64,000 nucleotides of DNA, taken from assembly GCF_009914755.1 (NCBI RefSeq), contig NC_060934.1, one strand, 5' to 3'. The position numbers were made by a program, and so were the translations under genes. Of the stretch, positions 61,690 to 64,000 are shown piece by piece; the first letter of the stretch is position 1; every line of letters begins with the position of its first letter. This DNA is from the human T2T-CHM13v2.0 reference genome, Homo sapiens. Below the pieces are notes generated by a model that saw only the letters and a list, made by a program, of their open reading frames with translations, had not been told where the DNA came from and did not search any database.

Positions 61690-62723
61690 GTGGAGAAAAA
61701 TCAGCGCAAAAAGTCTGAAAATTCCAAAAACGAGAATGCCTCTCTTCCTCCAAATGATCACAACTCCTCACCAGCAAGGGAACAAAACTGGATGGAGAAT
61801 GAGTTTGACGAACTAACAGAAGTAGGCTTCAGAAGATGGATAATAAACAACTCCAAGCTAAAGGAGCATATTCTAACCCCATGCAAGGAAGCTAAGAGCC
61901 TTGATAAAAGGTTAGTCGAATTGCTAACTAGAATAACCAATGTAGAAAAGAACATAAATGACCTGATGGAACTGAAAAATACAGGACAAAAACTTCATGA
62001 AGAATACACAAGTATCAATAGCTGAATAGATCAAGCAAAAGAAAGGATATCAGTGATTGAAGACAATCAACTTAATGAAATAAAGAGCCAAGACAAGATT
62101 AGAGAACAAAGAATAAAAAGGAACAAACAAAGCCTCCAAGAAATATGGGACTATGTGAAAAGACCAAATCTACGTTTGATTGGTGTACCTGAAAGTGATG
62201 GGGAGAATGGAACCAAGTTGGAAAATACTCTTCAGGATATTATCCAGGAGAATTTCCCCAACCTAGCAAGACAGGCCAACATTCAAATTCAGGAAATACA
62301 GAGAACACCACAAAGATACTCCTCAAGAAGAGCAACTCCAAGACACGTAATTGTCAGATTCACCAAGGTTGAAATGAAGGAAAAAATGTTCAGGGCAGCC
62401 AGAGAGAAAGGTCGGGAGGTCGGGTTACCCACAAAGGGAAGCCCATCACACGAACAGTGGATCTCTCAGCAGAAACCCTACAAGCCAGAAGAGAGTGGGG
62501 GCCAATATTCAACATTCTTAAAGAGAAGAATTTTCAACCCAGAATTTTATATCCATCCAAACTAAGCTTCATAAGCAAAGGAGAAATAAAATCATTTACA
62601 GACAAGTAAATGCTAAGGGATTTTGTCACCACTACACTTGCCTTACAAGAGCTCCTGAAAGAAGCACTAAACATGGAAAGGAACAACCGGTACCAACCAC
62701 TGCAAAAACATACCAAATTTTAA
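61690..62723 (+). pseudogene. ORF1: L1 ORF1p remnant
   Basis: EKNQRKKSENSKN...WMENEFDEL and EIWDYVKRPNLRLIGVPE; stop at 62025 and a frameshift at ~62415 (aggtcggg duplication). Confidence 0.9.
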
Positions 62724-62795
62724 AGAACATTGACACTATGAAGAAACTGCATTAACTAATGGGCAAAACAACAGCTAACATCATAATCATCATAA

Positions 62796-64000
62796 TGACA
62801 GGATAAAATTCACACATAACAATACTAACCTTAAATGTAAGTGGGCTAAATGCCCCAATTAAAAGACACAGACTGGCAAATTGGATAAAGAGTCAAGACC
62901 AATCAGTGTGCTGTATTCAGGAGACCCATCTCATGTGCAAAGAAACACACAGGCTCATAATGAAGGGATGGAGGAAGATCTACCAAGCAAATCGAAAGCA
63001 AAGAAAAAAAAAGCAGGAGTTGCAATCCTGCTCTCTGATAAAACAGACTTGAAACCAACAAACATCAAAAGAGACAAAGAAGGCCATTACATAATGGTAA
63101 AGGGAACAATGCAGCAAGAAGAACTAACTATCCTAAATATATATGCGCCCAATACAGGAGCATCCAGATTCATAAAACAAGTTCTTAGAGACCTACAAAG
63201 AGACTTAGACTCCCACACAATAATAGTAGGAGACTTTAACACCTCACTGTCAATATTAGATGGATCAACAAGACAGAAAATTAACAAGGATATTCAGGAC
63301 TTGAACTCAGCTCTGGATCAAGCAGACCTAATAGACATCTACAGAACTCTCCACCCCTATCAACAGAATATACATTCTTCTCAGCACCCCATTGCACTTA
63401 TTCTAAAATTGACCACATAATTGGAAATAAAACACTCCTCAGCAAATGCAAAAGAACAGAAATCATAACAGACTCTCAGACCACAGTGCAATCAAATTAG
63501 AACTCAGGATGAAGAAACTCACTCAAAACCACCCAAATACATGGAAACTGAACAACCTGCTCCTGAATGACTACTGGGTAAATAACGAAATGAAGGCTGA
63601 AATAAAGATGTTCTTTGAAACCAATGAGAATGAAGACACAACGTACCAGAATCTCTGGAACACAGCTAAAGCAGAGTTTAGAGGGAAATTTATAGCACTA
63701 AATACCCACAAGAGAAAGCAGGAAAGATCTAAAATCTACATCCTAACATCAAAATTAAAAGAACTAGGGAAGCAAGAGCAAACAAATTAAAAACCTAGCA
63801 GAAACATGAAATAATTAATATCAGAGCAGAACTGAAGGACATAAAGACACAAAAACCCTTCAAAAAAATCAATGAATCCAGGAGCTGTTTTTTTGAAAAA
63901 GATCAACAAAATAGACTGCTAGCAAGACTAATAAAGAAGAAAGAAGAATCAAATAGATGCAATAAAAAATGATACACAGGATATCACCACTGATCACACA
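62796..64000 (+). pseudogene. ORF2: L1 ORF2p EN-domain remnant
   Basis: atgacaggataaaattcacac (early stop); [19 protein letters not shown] and [10 protein letters not shown]. Confidence 0.9.

Larger units (their letters stand above)
60433..64000 (+). mobile_element. LINE-1 L1PA7/8-like; full 5' end, runs off the right edge
   Basis: ttcaagatggccgaataggaacagc start; ~1.25 kb 5'UTR, ORF1 and the ORF2 EN domain. Confidence 0.93.

Overview
Primate (human/ape-like) genomic DNA. It is AT-rich and dominated by repeats, and I can recognise no host protein-coding exon, RNA gene or CRISPR array. About half of the window is LINE-1 of several ages: three L1PA elements with recognisable 5'UTR, ORF1 and ORF2 (1-4784 minus, 12323-17915 minus, 60433-64000 plus) and several older L1MA/MB/MD/ME fragments, often nested. 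Eight Alus, plus L2, MIR, MaLR/ERVL LTRs, MER58B, MER2 and microsatellites, fill much of the rest. Every long ORF in the track is an L1 ORF1/ORF2 remnant or an antisense shadow of a repeat. Main observations: (1) the L1PA3/4-like element was retrotransposed from a spliced RNA, with a precise 5'UTR intron removed (SpIRE97/622 type) and a 14-bp TSD. (2) Outside any repeat I recognise, an old inverted duplication at 53.1-54.7 kb has arms of about 280 bp and a 956-bp spacer, a (TTCC)n array present in one arm only, and a cluster of nuclear-receptor half-sites. (3) Two neighbouring L1s of apparently different subfamilies share several non-consensus substitutions, suggesting gene conversion. (4) A 24-bp stretch appears to have been copied as a templated insertion from a junction 2.4 kb away. 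I do not see a clearly new biological system. Subfamily calls and the boundaries of old repeats are by-eye estimates.
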